Shown here in pieces: positions 14,801 to 25,941 of a stretch of 55,218 nt of DNA. The position numbers were made by a program, and so were the translations under genes. This stretch comes from Dimargaris cristalligena (taxonomy: Eukaryota): assembly GCA_003614675.1 (NCBI GenBank), contig ML002259.1:1-55218 (forward strand), written 5' to 3'. Below the pieces are notes generated by a model. It saw nothing but the letters and a program-made list of their open reading frames with translations. It was not told the DNA's origin and made no database searches. Positions within the stretch are counted from its first letter, which is position 1, and the number at the start of each line of letters is the position of its first letter.

Positions 14801-15152
14801 TCGAATGGCCGGGGGCCAATCCCTCGGAGGATATCGTAGTTTTAGGGCGAGGCTGGTTCAAACTCTCGGCGGAACCCGGTTCCCGCAGGGCGGCCCCCCC
14901 ACCGGGAGAGTTATGCAGGCCGCGGAACCGCACGGAGACCAGTGATATAGATTTCGCTAGGGCCATGGCGGGGGTGGTGTTGAGTTGGGCGGTGTTATGG
15001 TTCAGGACAATAGACTCGTAGGACAGGTCGGTGCGTAGGCGGTAGGGGCCCTCGGTGGAAACGAACTGGGGGCAGTAGATTTGGGGATTGACGGCCGTGG
15101 GGTCCTGTAGCTCGTACGACGAGCTGGCGCCGCCGGTCGCGGGGGAGGCCAT
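11824..15152 (-). CDS. creC: WD40 protein CreC / WDR20 family; exons 15152-14780, 14452-13839, 13582-13095, 12851-12776, 12596-12387, 12087-11824
   Basis: Motifs [57 protein letters not shown] and [33 protein letters not shown] match CreC/WDR20/DMWD. GT-AG introns join in frame. Confidence 0.9.
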
Positions 15153-16854
15153 CGCAGCCGTGGTTTAGTTGGTGGTAGTAGGAAGGGTAGGGGTCCCCTT
15201 TGTGGGATGGTGGTGGTGGTAAAGCGTGTCGTTAACGAACTGAGGCCGACCAGTGGCCATGGACGACAGACTCTGGGTATATAATGTCCGCTTGAACAGT
15301 GGCTGGTTTGGCAACCCAAATGGGCAATGGAGATAGAATATAATGGAAAAATACCAATGGAAGAGGTCCGTGGCGGAGGATGAGCTGGGCCTAAGCGGAG
15401 GGGAGGGAAGTTGGTGGTGGTAGTATGTGGAGGACCCATTACCACTACTGGTAGGACAGAGACTGTACATGCGCCAGGACTACCACCACCTATGAATGGG
15501 CTGGGTGGCAACTTGGTTTTCCAGCTGTAATACAGCACCTGGTCCACGAATTGCTTTCATACTGGTAAGGCGTGGTATAGTAGCCCCAGTGGAGGGAGTT
15601 TCTGGAACCCCGAACGGGTAATAAATGTCCTTCAGCTGCTAGCGAGCCAAGTAAACAGCTCAGAGACGAGTATCCTTCCCTCGCATACCCTCTCCGTTGA
15701 TATAATATAAGGTGCGTCCCCACTTCGTGTGATTACGGTGGGTTGACCACCCCGTGGTGTCTCTGAACATGGAAAAACTCAATCATTTCACCGTATCTTC
15801 CTGGTTTGGAAGTTCACTAGGGATAATGAATAATCCCGTTTAAAGGGGCATGCTATAATGAACGGGGTGTATAGAAAGAGGGCTTTCGTATTGTCGAACC
15901 GGTATTGGTAACCGCCGAACTCAAACTAGTCGTCGCACCTATTGAGTAGGCTTAGACAGACCCGGATGGGGAATGGGGCGAGAATAATGATTACTATGCG
16001 CAGGAATTCAATTAAGGCGACATACTAATATAGTAAATATTATTATAATCATTAAAGGCGGATGGCGGCGGTGTCTAGTAGAGTAGTGCTTTATTGGGCG
16101 TTTTAGTCGTTCCAGGCTCGAACAAAAGGCAGTGAGGGGCGGGGTCCGTTATTCACGAGTACTCAAGCGAGGGGACACCCCCCGCACCATCGAATAATAC
16201 GAGGAGAGGAGGAGGAGGAGTAATGCGTGCGTGGATGTTTTTCAACGGCACAGCCACTGGAGGGCTTTCTCTATTCCGTCTCTTCCTCATTGTATGCTGT
16301 ATGCGCTAGTTTCCTTGGCTTGAGGGAAACCTCTTCTGTGGATATATATAATAACCTGGATCGCCGCCTGTCATTATTACCTTCATTCAACTTTGGTTTT
16401 TTACCTTTATTTTTCGTCCGTTTCAACCAACGTATTGGCGCCAATCCTTTCCTTTGCCTGCTGCTGTGTCCTCCCATTCATTCACTCCTCCCCCCTTTTA
16501 ATTGGATGGCTGTGTTCCCTAATTATATCGCCCTTTTCCCCTTCTCTCACTCATCCATGCTGTAGGCTTGTGGTAATACCTGTGTTCTTTATTGTGCTTC
16601 GCTTTTCCAATCGGTTGCGCCTCAACCTGCCATTATATATGCTATATATATATATTGTATTATCCTCCTTTATTTTTTTTGGAATACCTTCAACTCGTGT
16701 TTTCCTTCCCCCTGCTTCACCTTTTTTTCTCTCTAACTTTTTTCTTCCTCTTTGCTTTTCTTGAAATCTTTTCATTTACAATACTCAGCATAGCTCTCCC
16801 CCAGCCCCCACTACCGACTCACCGTTTCCTCAAAAGCGCGTATTTAGATTCAGC

Positions 16855-17826
16855 ATGACCGAAGGTAAATTCGACTGTATCGTCCCGTCTGAGCCTCTCA
16901 CGCTCCAGGACAGTAACGACCAGGATGTCGTGCAAAGATACTCCACCTCTGCCCAGCGTGATCGTAGCCCCATGTCCCATCGCTCGGCTTCCTACTCCCG
17001 TTCCCGGAGCTATAGTCGGGGCAGCCACGCTCGCGACATGAGTTCCGATCGCCAATCCCAGCCCTTGTACGGTAGCCCCCCTGTCGCTCGTTCCGTCAGT
17101 GGTAACAGCCGGCGTTCGCGTTCCCGTACCCCCCCTCGACCCCGGTCCCGGTCGCGTTCCCACACCCGTCGTCGCTCACGCTCGCCTTCTCGGGGCTACC
17201 ATAGCCGTCAGGGTGGTAACCGCGCCTACAGTCGCTCGCGCTCTCCCCGTCGTCGCGTGAGCAGAGACCGGCGTAGCTACCGCTCCCGGTCGCCGTCGCG
17301 CTCCTACCGGGACCGTCGGTCCGCCCCCAGCGACCGCCAAAATCAGGACAACTTCGCCCGCCGGAGCACCCAGGAAAGCAAAACCCTCGGGGTGTTTGCT
17401 TTAAATTTCCGCACTACCCGGCGCGATTTGGAGGACCTGTTCGCCCCTTACGGTGAAGTTTCCGATGTCGCCATCATCGCCAAGCGAAATTCCCGTCGCA
17501 ACGCCTTTGCCTTTGTGACGCTCGACTCCATCGAAAGTGCGTCTGAGGCTCGCGAGGCGCTTAACGCCACCGAATTCCAGGGCAGTATTATTCGGGTAGA
17601 CTTTTCCATGACCGATGGTCCCCGCAACTCCACACCCGGTTTCTACGCCGGGGTTCCGACTGGGTCTCGGAATCGCCGTGATAATCACTACCAGCCGCGA
17701 CCCTACCGCCGGGGACGTAGCCGTTCCCGCTCGTACTCGCGCTCTCGCTCCCCACGGCCCAGCCGTCGTGACCGCCATGATCGCCACGACCGTTACGACC
17801 ACCACGACCGCCATGACCGCCGCTAG
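16855..17826 (+). CDS. TRA2: Transformer-2-like splicing regulator (RS-RRM-RS), intronless CDS
   Basis: Central RRM (LGVFALNFRTTRRDLEDLF...FAFV...IRVDFSMT) followed by the Tra2-type linker STPGFYAG (cf. PTPGIYMG). RS domains on both sides. Confidence 0.85.
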   Translation: MTEGKFDCIVPSEPLTLQDSNDQDVVQRYSTSAQRDRSPMSHRSASYSRSRSYSRGSHARDMSSDRQSQPLYGSPPVARSVSGNSRRSRSRTPPRPRSRSRSHTRRRSRSPSRGYHSRQGGNRAYSRSRSPRRRVSRDRRSYRSRSPSRSYRDRRSAPSDRQNQDNFARRSTQESKTLGVFALNFRTTRRDLEDLFAPYGEVSDVAIIAKRNSRRNAFAFVTLDSIESASEAREALNATEFQGSIIRVDFSMTDGPRNSTPGFYAGVPTGSRNRRDNHYQPRPYRRGRSRSRSYSRSRSPRPSRRDRHDRHDRYDHHDRHDRR

Positions 17827-19804
17827 ATACTTCTTTGGTTAGGTAACGGGAAGTGGTCTTACATGGTGCTGTCGATGTTTACACCATCGTCCCCCATTTT
17901 AAGATATTCCCACCGTCCTTCCGCCACGTTTTATATCATTTAGATTTATATGCCTTATTTTTGCCGAAATTTAGTTGGTTAGTTGTCCGCAGCCTCAGTA
18001 GGTTTATCCCTTTCGCTGGAACCTAATGCCAAGTGCGCGTATTTCTGATTGATATAGCGCTCAAATCGAACCCCCCGTGCTGGCTCAATTTGGCGAACGC
18101 GTACTTATCCTTTCGTGGCTAGCGACGCCCCCCTCCAATGATCTCGTATATTTTTTTCAACAATTTAATAGGGTACTCGACTCTTCGTTTAAGCAAATTC
18201 GGGTTTGAATCTGCAACTACCAATATCACAATGAGGCCCTCATAGCAACTCTCAATATACCACCCATCAATAAACCCCCAACAAACAACCCCACAGCGAA
18301 CCCGCTCATTTCAATCAGGCCCTTTGAGAAACCCTGGTCGGCTGTTGTCCATTTTAGTTGCATGGTATCTCTCGCCCACCAATTCTCTTAAAGGGAAACA
18401 ATGGTCTGAAATGGCCAACTGTATATATTTTGGGATGACGCCCCTCTTCCCGAAGGGGTAGTTATCTCATTGTCCAGTACGAACTATAGCATATAGCTTT
18501 TACTTTATATATTTTTATTTCTAGATTGTATTATCAGTAGAGTGAGTAAATTCTAAATAACTCCAAGACATGCGACCGGTATCGCTCAAGAATGAAAGAG
18601 AAAACACTAGTAACAAGTAGAGAGGAAATTAAGCAAATGGCGGTAGATCAAAATGTCCACTACTAGGATGCTTAGAACGAACTTCAAAAACAAAGCGTCT
18701 AGGTAGGTAATTATATCATCATCGGGAGGGGGCAGTATTAATGTACATTATTAATATATCTATTTGAATTGAAATTACCTTAGTGTATTAGTTGCCGAGA
18801 GCTATAGAATAGAATGGTAGTGGACTACCAACTGTAAATAAAGCCAAACCAATTTAGATTGCATCGTAGAGTTAAGCCACATTACGCATGCACTTAGCAT
18901 AGTGCCACCGAAGATGGTAAATTAGGCCGGATATCCGGTTCTATACTTTGCTCATTCAGCGTACCACTCGGATGTAATGACTAATCCAGCTGAATGGTCC
19001 CCCGTCGACCTTGTTAAAATGTGGGTTGGCAGACCGGGCATCGGCTTTTAGTTCAGCGATATAGAGAGGGAGGCTGCAGCCATGCCTTTAGCTTTACGGG
19101 ATTCCTCGGACCCCAATACACGAAAAGATTGCACCTCTATACACTTGGACATGTGGCCTTCCCGAATGATACAAAACATGGGGTGCTTGAAGGGTAGATG
19201 AGAGAGGGGGGATATCATACTTGAGGTATTACCGAACCACGGTTTCCTATCGATGAGCAACTTATAGGTAGGTTACTAATCGGACTCCGCTGTTACAGAC
19301 GCGAGCTAACGGTATCCCTATTTCTGGCAGTGACTTTGTTTATAACGAACACTAATTGGCTTGATGATGCAATGGTGTGGAGTGGGACGGCCCGCTACTG
19401 AATCGGTGAAAGGATCGAATGACCGTGAACAACCGTGGCGAATCAGGTGTAGTTAGAATTGAGTCGATTAAAACAATATAGTACCGGAGTAATAATAGTG
19501 ATACGAAAAGAAAATATATATTGGTCTGTGCTATATAAGCGAAGAAACGAGGGGAAAATCCCCACTCGGAACAGATTCCGGTGGATGTTCCTGAACCGAC
19601 GCCACCCGCCCCACAGGTAGGGAACGAAGTGGCAGGGATATTTTTAACGAACAAGGGGAGAGAGACATCTGGAGGTAACGAGTGAAATAGAAATTGACAT
19701 CTGCGTAACAGAAAATTAATTAAAAATTCAAGTACATGTTGACCCCCTCCCCCCGCCAGCGGAACCTGAGAGAGTAGCTAGTGGGGGAAGGAGAATGAGT
19801 GAGT

Positions 19805-20805
19805 TTACTCCCAGTTCTCGCCGTCGCGGGAACCGTTCTGCTGAACATTGGGAGAGGCCGAATCGGAAGCATCCTTGGTTTCCTCGGGAGCAGCCTTTTC
19901 CTTGCGCTCGTTGCTGGTGGTGGCGGGGGAAACGCTCATACGACGGTTGGCGGGGGAACGAGAACGGGGGCGGACGGGGCTACGGTCGCGACGACGGTAA
20001 GAGGGGGAACGGGAGCGGGAGTTATCGCGACGACGGTTGTCACGTTCACCGGAACGTTCACGGCGACGAGGGCGGTCGTCGTAGCGATCGCCACCGCGAC
20101 CACGGCGGTCACCATCACGGCCATTACGACTACGGTCGCCGTCCCGGCCGGAACCGCGGCTGCGGTCACTTTCGGGTTCGCGGCAGTCGCGGGCTACATG
20201 GCCAGTTTGGCCACACCGGAAGCAGCTACCGTCACGGCCCCGACGGCTCAAATCAGCCTTGGCGAATTCCACGGTGATGGAACGGCTGTTCAACTTAATG
20301 CCGTGGAGACGACGAGAGGCCTCTTCAGCATCACGAGCTTCTTGGTATTCAACGAAAGCGAAACCTATATATTTGCAAAAAGGAACAGGGGAAGTGGGTG
20401 TATACAGACGATGGAGGAGGTGAGTTGAAGATCTATACAAATGATATGTTATGGTGGGGGGATTAAAACGGGAAAGAAAACAATGGCGGAAAGAGGAGTG
20501 GATGGGAGAACTTACCGCGCTATTGGGGATGATAGCGAATGTAGCATGGGTTTGACGGACAAGTAAAAGAGGGGGATTGATATTAGTTGTGGTGAAGTGA
20601 GGGTTCGGCTCGTTCTGATCAAAGGTTAAAGGAGCTCGCGACCAACTAACTATATATGCAATGTTCAACTAGTCTGAGTACAGGAAGGATTAAATACCTT
20701 GACTTCACAGCGGACGATATCGCCAAAGCGACGGAACTCCTGCTCCAATTCCCGCTCGGAGGTATCGAAACTGAGGTTTCCAACGAAGAGGGTGTTGCGG
20801 CTCAT
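19805..20805 (-). CDS. SR splicing factor with RRM + CCHC zinc knuckle + RS/RD tail (SRSF7/9G8 or RSZ/RS2Z-type architecture), 223 aa; exons 20805-20698, 20519-20516, 20364-19805
   Basis: MSRNTLFVGNLSFDTSERELEQEFRRFGDIVRCEVK|R-G|FAFVEY...SITVEFAK...CFRCGQTGHVARDC...RSRSRSPS. RNP2 LFVGNL, RNP1 RGFAFVEY, C-x2-C-x4-H-x4-C knuckle. Confidence 0.88.
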
Positions 20806-23800
20806 GGTGTATGGTCGAGGGGGGAAGTAGGAAATGGAGGCAAGGAACCGAATAAGAAGAACAGTGAAGTGAAATGAAGCGAAGAGAGCTGTGGTTGAGA
20901 TCTCTGAAGGAGGGAGGAGGGGGAAAAGGCTTGCAAGAAGAAAAAAACCCAGAATAGGATAGAGTAAAGGAGATCATCATCCAGGGGCGAGAGACTCAAG
21001 TGGCGGTGGAGTGTGGTGGGACGTAATTGGTCTTGTTGGACGAAAAAACGGGTGAAAAAAATAATCGAATAGCGGCCACGCATACATCCAACCAACCCCC
21101 CTCAAAAAAATAATCGGCCGCGAACCAATGGCCATGCCGAAAATACTGCAGGAGGACGATTACTTAGAACGAGACATATATAGTACTAAATATCGCTGAG
21201 TTTTCTATCGATGGACAAAAAGTAAGCGGTTTGGACAACGGACGGTGCATCAACAGGATTAGTATAGTAGGTTACATTTCTACGGAGACGAGGGGCTGTT
21301 ATAGCGAATACAACCATGCTTAGATTAACTCGCCGTACGAAGGCATTCGTCGAGGCACGAAAACCCTTTATAATACACCTCGTGAACTGTATATATCCAC
21401 CTCCCTCTTGATGTCCCCTGGACCTCACAGTGTTGCCATCCCATTCCAAGTAGGCTGTAGAGCGAGTATCCCGCCTGACTGATTTTTCTTCATTTCGCGG
21501 GTGGAAATAACGGTGTAAAGAAACACCCCTTGCTTAATGGGAGGTAACATCGATAATCGTGACTTTACCTACCTCACCGAGTGTCCTTCTCGGTACTAAC
21601 AAATTACTTCGTGTCTATGGATTTCTGTAGTAAATATTTACCAGGGCTGTGGTCCACTGGAGCAGAGGCCTAATGAAAAAATAATAATCCTACATTATAT
21701 ATTCCCAGTGCTTAAGCTGAACCCGGTCAACCGTGCTCCATTGTTTTTGCGCCATCAAATATTTAATATCAGTTCTGTGACAATGTCTTCAGGAGGGGGA
21801 CATATGTAGAGCCAAAGGGGGGAAGTGTGCAATGGTTGTAAATCACAGCAATTGTCAACACTGCTCTAAACTTGAAACGGCGTAAGGGCCACCCTTCTTT
21901 AGTGTTGATACGGGCCGTCAATTGTGTTGTATCGGCTCTTAATACTTTATGCCGGGCGTGTTTGTATGGTTACGATGCTAAAATGTTTATCAGTCAAGTA
22001 GATACTTAGTATCGTTTAGAGCGGAAGGGGATCCTCCAAGATAATAATCTATGGAGGGTCACTATAAATATGGCCTCAGGCCGTGAGTATCCTAGTTACC
22101 CAATCGACGGCTTCTACTGGCCCGGCACATCGTGTCCTATATATGCCGGGATTTACCGCTAGATACCCTAGTGTACTCCAAGGGTGGTCTGGACAACCGT
22201 TACCACAGGAACAACTTTAACCGGGGTATTGCTGTTAGGCTAAAACCAAGGAGGGCCAGTATTGCCGTGGTTTACTGAACGAAGAAAGTGTATACTGTAT
22301 AGATAACTAATCGGTATTATATCAAGACTTAATGAGCCGGTGATTGGCCGTGCTCTATTCTATTTTATACCCCGAGTTCGTGAGGGTGACCGATTTTGGC
22401 CATCGACTGCTCATGGCCCGCTTGACTATGCATTCGCGCCGCATGGTCCATTTAATCTCAGAGTGATTAACCCCATCTTGTGCGTACACCATCAGATTAT
22501 AGTTTCCGATGATGTTCCCTTTCCAGCGACGAGGGAGAGGTGGGTTAGAGGGGGGCATCCACCTCATAATGCGCTACGCGATGCATCTTTTGGTTCATAA
22601 GGCGAAAATTAGGTGGCATTGCCGATAGATTCAACCTTGCCAGTATTTCCCTCGGCCTCTCTGCCGCCCAAGAGCGACCGTAGCTTGGTCGGAATGGGAC
22701 ATGCCATTGCCCTAATTCCAGGTCCGTTTAAACCTGGGAACCATCACCAGCCCATCCTTTACGTAGATTTACTACATTATGGCTCCGTTTAGCATCAACG
22801 GACGAACGTCACGGCGTACAGTTCGCCACTTACGTAGCTCGTTGGACTCGAAGATCTAAGTGGGATTGGGCCACAAACATCACCATTCGCACAAAGTTTC
22901 ATAGTTAGGCGGAGCATCTATTTTAAACCAGTCGCTTGACTATATTTACCCATTTGCGAGTGAAGTATTCGTTGACCCCCCTCTATTCCTTTCCGCATAT
23001 TCCCGCCCCCCTCCAGTGGCCTTTGTAATGTGGAACTGCAAATCACCTCGGTGACCAGTTCATTGGTTCGAATGAAGTCACTTTCGTTATGGGCTTAAAG
23101 TATAAGAATTCAACGCTATATCCACCCAATGACCGGATGGCTATTCTCTAAAACCCAGACCACTTTCCTGTCTGTATCTTTCCCGAAAAGCCGCCCCCAT
23201 GGCTCCGCCACATCTTAGTATTTACACCGCGGTACTGCTTTCGTCATTGCAGTTCGCTTTAACAGTTAGGAAGACGAGTAAGAAAAATAAAGAAACAACA
23301 GCAGCCGCCAACATTAAGGCATAGCTTCCCAAGCACAAGCGTTGTACTAAAGCCGACTGTCCCTTCGATGGAATACTAGGGAGTATGAAGGAAAAGGGCA
23401 GTGGTAAACTCGGGCCTAGATGGTAATCAACAGTGCCAGCCTTGTCTTACCGACCCTTTGGCCCTTCCCATACGCCTTTTCTTCTATCCATTCTTTTCCC
23501 ATTGGTTCCTGACCTCCCCCCTATTGCCTAGGCTTTCGGAATAGCCTAGGCTAAAGATCCAAAACTATGACCAACATTTCCCCCGTATTGCCCCCCCCAG
23601 TGATTTGGTTTTCCCACTGGTATGAACACAGTGTCGTCGAATGACCCACGAAGGGTTGCACCAATTCGGTCATCGCAGTATTGCTCTGGGCTTCCTGTTC
23701 AGTAAAGCTCCGGCTTCGGTGAAGTTGGGTCAGGAGTTAAAAATATCCGTAGCCCTCGTTATTTTTAACGGTACTGGGGGCATTTATTTCCCTTGCAAGC

Positions 23801-24687
23801 CACTTGGACATTCCCGTCCCCTCGTTTTATAACAAGGCCCCAAAAGATATCGACTAAACCGCCCATGTAAAGAAAAGGGTGTAGACTGTTGTGACACCCC
23901 GCCACAAAAGTACCCCTCTACTTTGGCCATTTTTGCCTACCGGCCATAGTCCCGATGTCCGCATTTCACGCGGACTAGTTAGCCCGGTTGGTTACCTCAG
24001 TTCTGTCCCGACCTCCTCTGCCAACCAATCTCTCTCGTGTGGGGGACTTCCCATTATCATGGTGTATTCTGAAATAGCAACATTGCTTTTATGGCTCCCC
24101 TGTAGTCGGTAGTCAATAGGATCCACCCTGGCAGTAGGGGTATAGTCTCTTAAAGGGCGCGCTAGTAGCCTCTATTTCCTCGCCCCTTCGGCTAGTGGCG
24201 TCCTCTCGGTTGTACAGGGCAAAGCGAAGGGCAACATCCTACATTGCCGAATCCACCCTGGTTAATGTAACCATGGTCTGGGAAAGTGCACCCAGTTCCC
24301 GTCGTATAGAGATACTCGGATGTTAGCATGGACAATTAAAGCAGGCCGGGTCCATAGGGATAGGGCCGAATTGGGGCGCCATTTTGCTCCTTCCGAAGGT
24401 AGTTTTATCCTCTTCAAAACACGGAACGGCTCATATTGCACATCTCCATACCGGAGAACGGTAACAGTCTGCTTTAATGGGGATCCCGCTGTGCCGTCTC
24501 CCGATCAAATGGGTACCTTATAAATAAGACCCCGGCTGACTTCATTTTTATAATCATTAAGTTCATCAACCATTCCCAATACCATCCCATCTTTGTTCAG
24601 CTTCTGTTCGCCGGTTTCTCTCGCTATCCCCAATTATATCTCACGTTTCCGTACCCCTCCATCCCTCCATCCCTCCTTCAATCCAAA

Positions 24688-25941
24688 ATGCGTTTCGGTT
24701 CTGCCACCATTGTCGTCGCCTTTAGCGCACTGTCCGTTGCCCTCGCCTCTCTTACAAACGATCCCAATACCCACTCCTACCAGCATGGTTTAGGCTCGTC
24801 GTCGGAACCGCTCGTCTCCCATGTCCAGTCGGGCAACCAGTACGGCCCCCAGAGTTCCAAGTATTACGTGCATGAGCGATTCGCGGGCTTCCCGGCCCAC
24901 AACCACGCGTACTGCCAGCAGTACCCCGAGCAGTGCTACGTCGCCGAAGAGAAGAAGAGCCATAACCCGCTGTCCAAGCTCATGGGCTCCCACGGCAACA
25001 AGCAACAAGCATCGACGGCCGCCCACCCCCACCAACACACTTCCGAGTACTGCCAGGAACACCCCGATGAATGCGTCGTCGTGGAGGAGACGAAGCCCAG
25101 CACCAACCCGATTTCCAAGCTTCTCCACCCCCACGGCAAGAAGGAAGAGGTGCATTACCACCACGACCCCCAGTATTGCCAGCAACACCCCGGTGAATGC
25201 CATATCATTGAGGAGAAGAAGAGCCATAATCCCCTGTCCAACCTTCTGCACCCCAAGGGCGAAAAGACCCACAATGTCTACCCCAGTAACCATAATGAAT
25301 CGGGGTTCAGCCACTCGGCCAACCATCAGCAGCACTATAACCCGCACCTGAGCCAGCATCATTACAGCCACAGTACCGGCCATGTGGACCACACTCCCAT
25401 CCACCAGACCCACAGTTCCAGTTCCAACCAGTTGGGTCGCATACCTAGCTACCATTCTAACCACGCCGGCAGCCCGATTCATCAGGATAACCAGCACCAA
25501 TACCAGCATCAGCAGACCCCCGAACGCAGCCACAGTCTCGGATCGGTGGGACACGGTGGTCACCACACCCGCCCCCATCACCACCACGAAGGTGTGGCCC
25601 GCTACTTCTACCCCGAGAAAAAGGCCGGCGCTTGCGGTCAAGTGCGCGGCGCCCACGAATTAGTAGCCGGTGTCGGTCCCTCCCACTACGGCCACCAGGC
25701 CAATCCCAACCACGCCCCCATTTGCGGGCGGTACTTGGTGGTCGAAGGTAGCCGCGGTTCCGTGCGGGTTCAGATTTCCGATAAATGCGACGGCTGCGGC
25801 CCCAACGATTTGCTCATTAGCCCCAAGGCTTTTGAGGCCATCAGTGAAATCCATCTCGGCGTGGCTAACATCAAATGGCACTTCGAGGACTCCTCGTCCG
25901 AGCACCACCACCAGCAGCAGCAAACTGGCCTGGCGCATTAA
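24688..25941 (+). CDS. Secreted His/Gln-rich protein with three Cys-containing repeats and a C-terminal DPBB (RlpA/expansin/loosenin-like) domain
   Basis: Signal peptide MRFGSATIVVAFSALSVALA. C-terminal GACG...ICGRYLVV...VRVQISDKCDGC...SPKAF...IKWHF. TATA-like tataaata at ~24519. Strong codon bias. Confidence 0.85.
   Translation: MRFGSATIVVAFSALSVALASLTNDPNTHSYQHGLGSSSEPLVSHVQSGNQYGPQSSKYYVHERFAGFPAHNHAYCQQYPEQCYVAEEKKSHNPLSKLMGSHGNKQQASTAAHPHQHTSEYCQEHPDECVVVEETKPSTNPISKLLHPHGKKEEVHYHHDPQYCQQHPGECHIIEEKKSHNPLSNLLHPKGEKTHNVYPSNHNESGFSHSANHQQHYNPHLSQHHYSHSTGHVDHTPIHQTHSSSSNQLGRIPSYHSNHAGSPIHQDNQHQYQHQQTPERSHSLGSVGHGGHHTRPHHHHEGVARYFYPEKKAGACGQVRGAHELVAGVGPSHYGHQANPNHAPICGRYLVVEGSRGSVRVQISDKCDGCGPNDLLISPKAFEAISEIHLGVANIKWHFEDSSSEHHHQQQQTGLAH

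Noticed and set aside
17835-17850. Possible 3' UTR intron donor (ag|gtaacg) just after the Tra2 stop
   Set aside because: Single weak motif with no identifiable acceptor; needs transcript data.
20365-20668. N-terminal ~100 aa of the 287-aa ORF 19805-20668 as real protein
   Set aside because: This is intronic sequence that happens to be open. The true N-terminus with RNP2 is on exon 20805-20698.
21100-24600. Short ORFs (60-90 aa) in long intergenic regions here and at 32800-35400 and 41300-42900
   Set aside because: No codon bias, splice-consistent structure or motifs; treated as non-coding.
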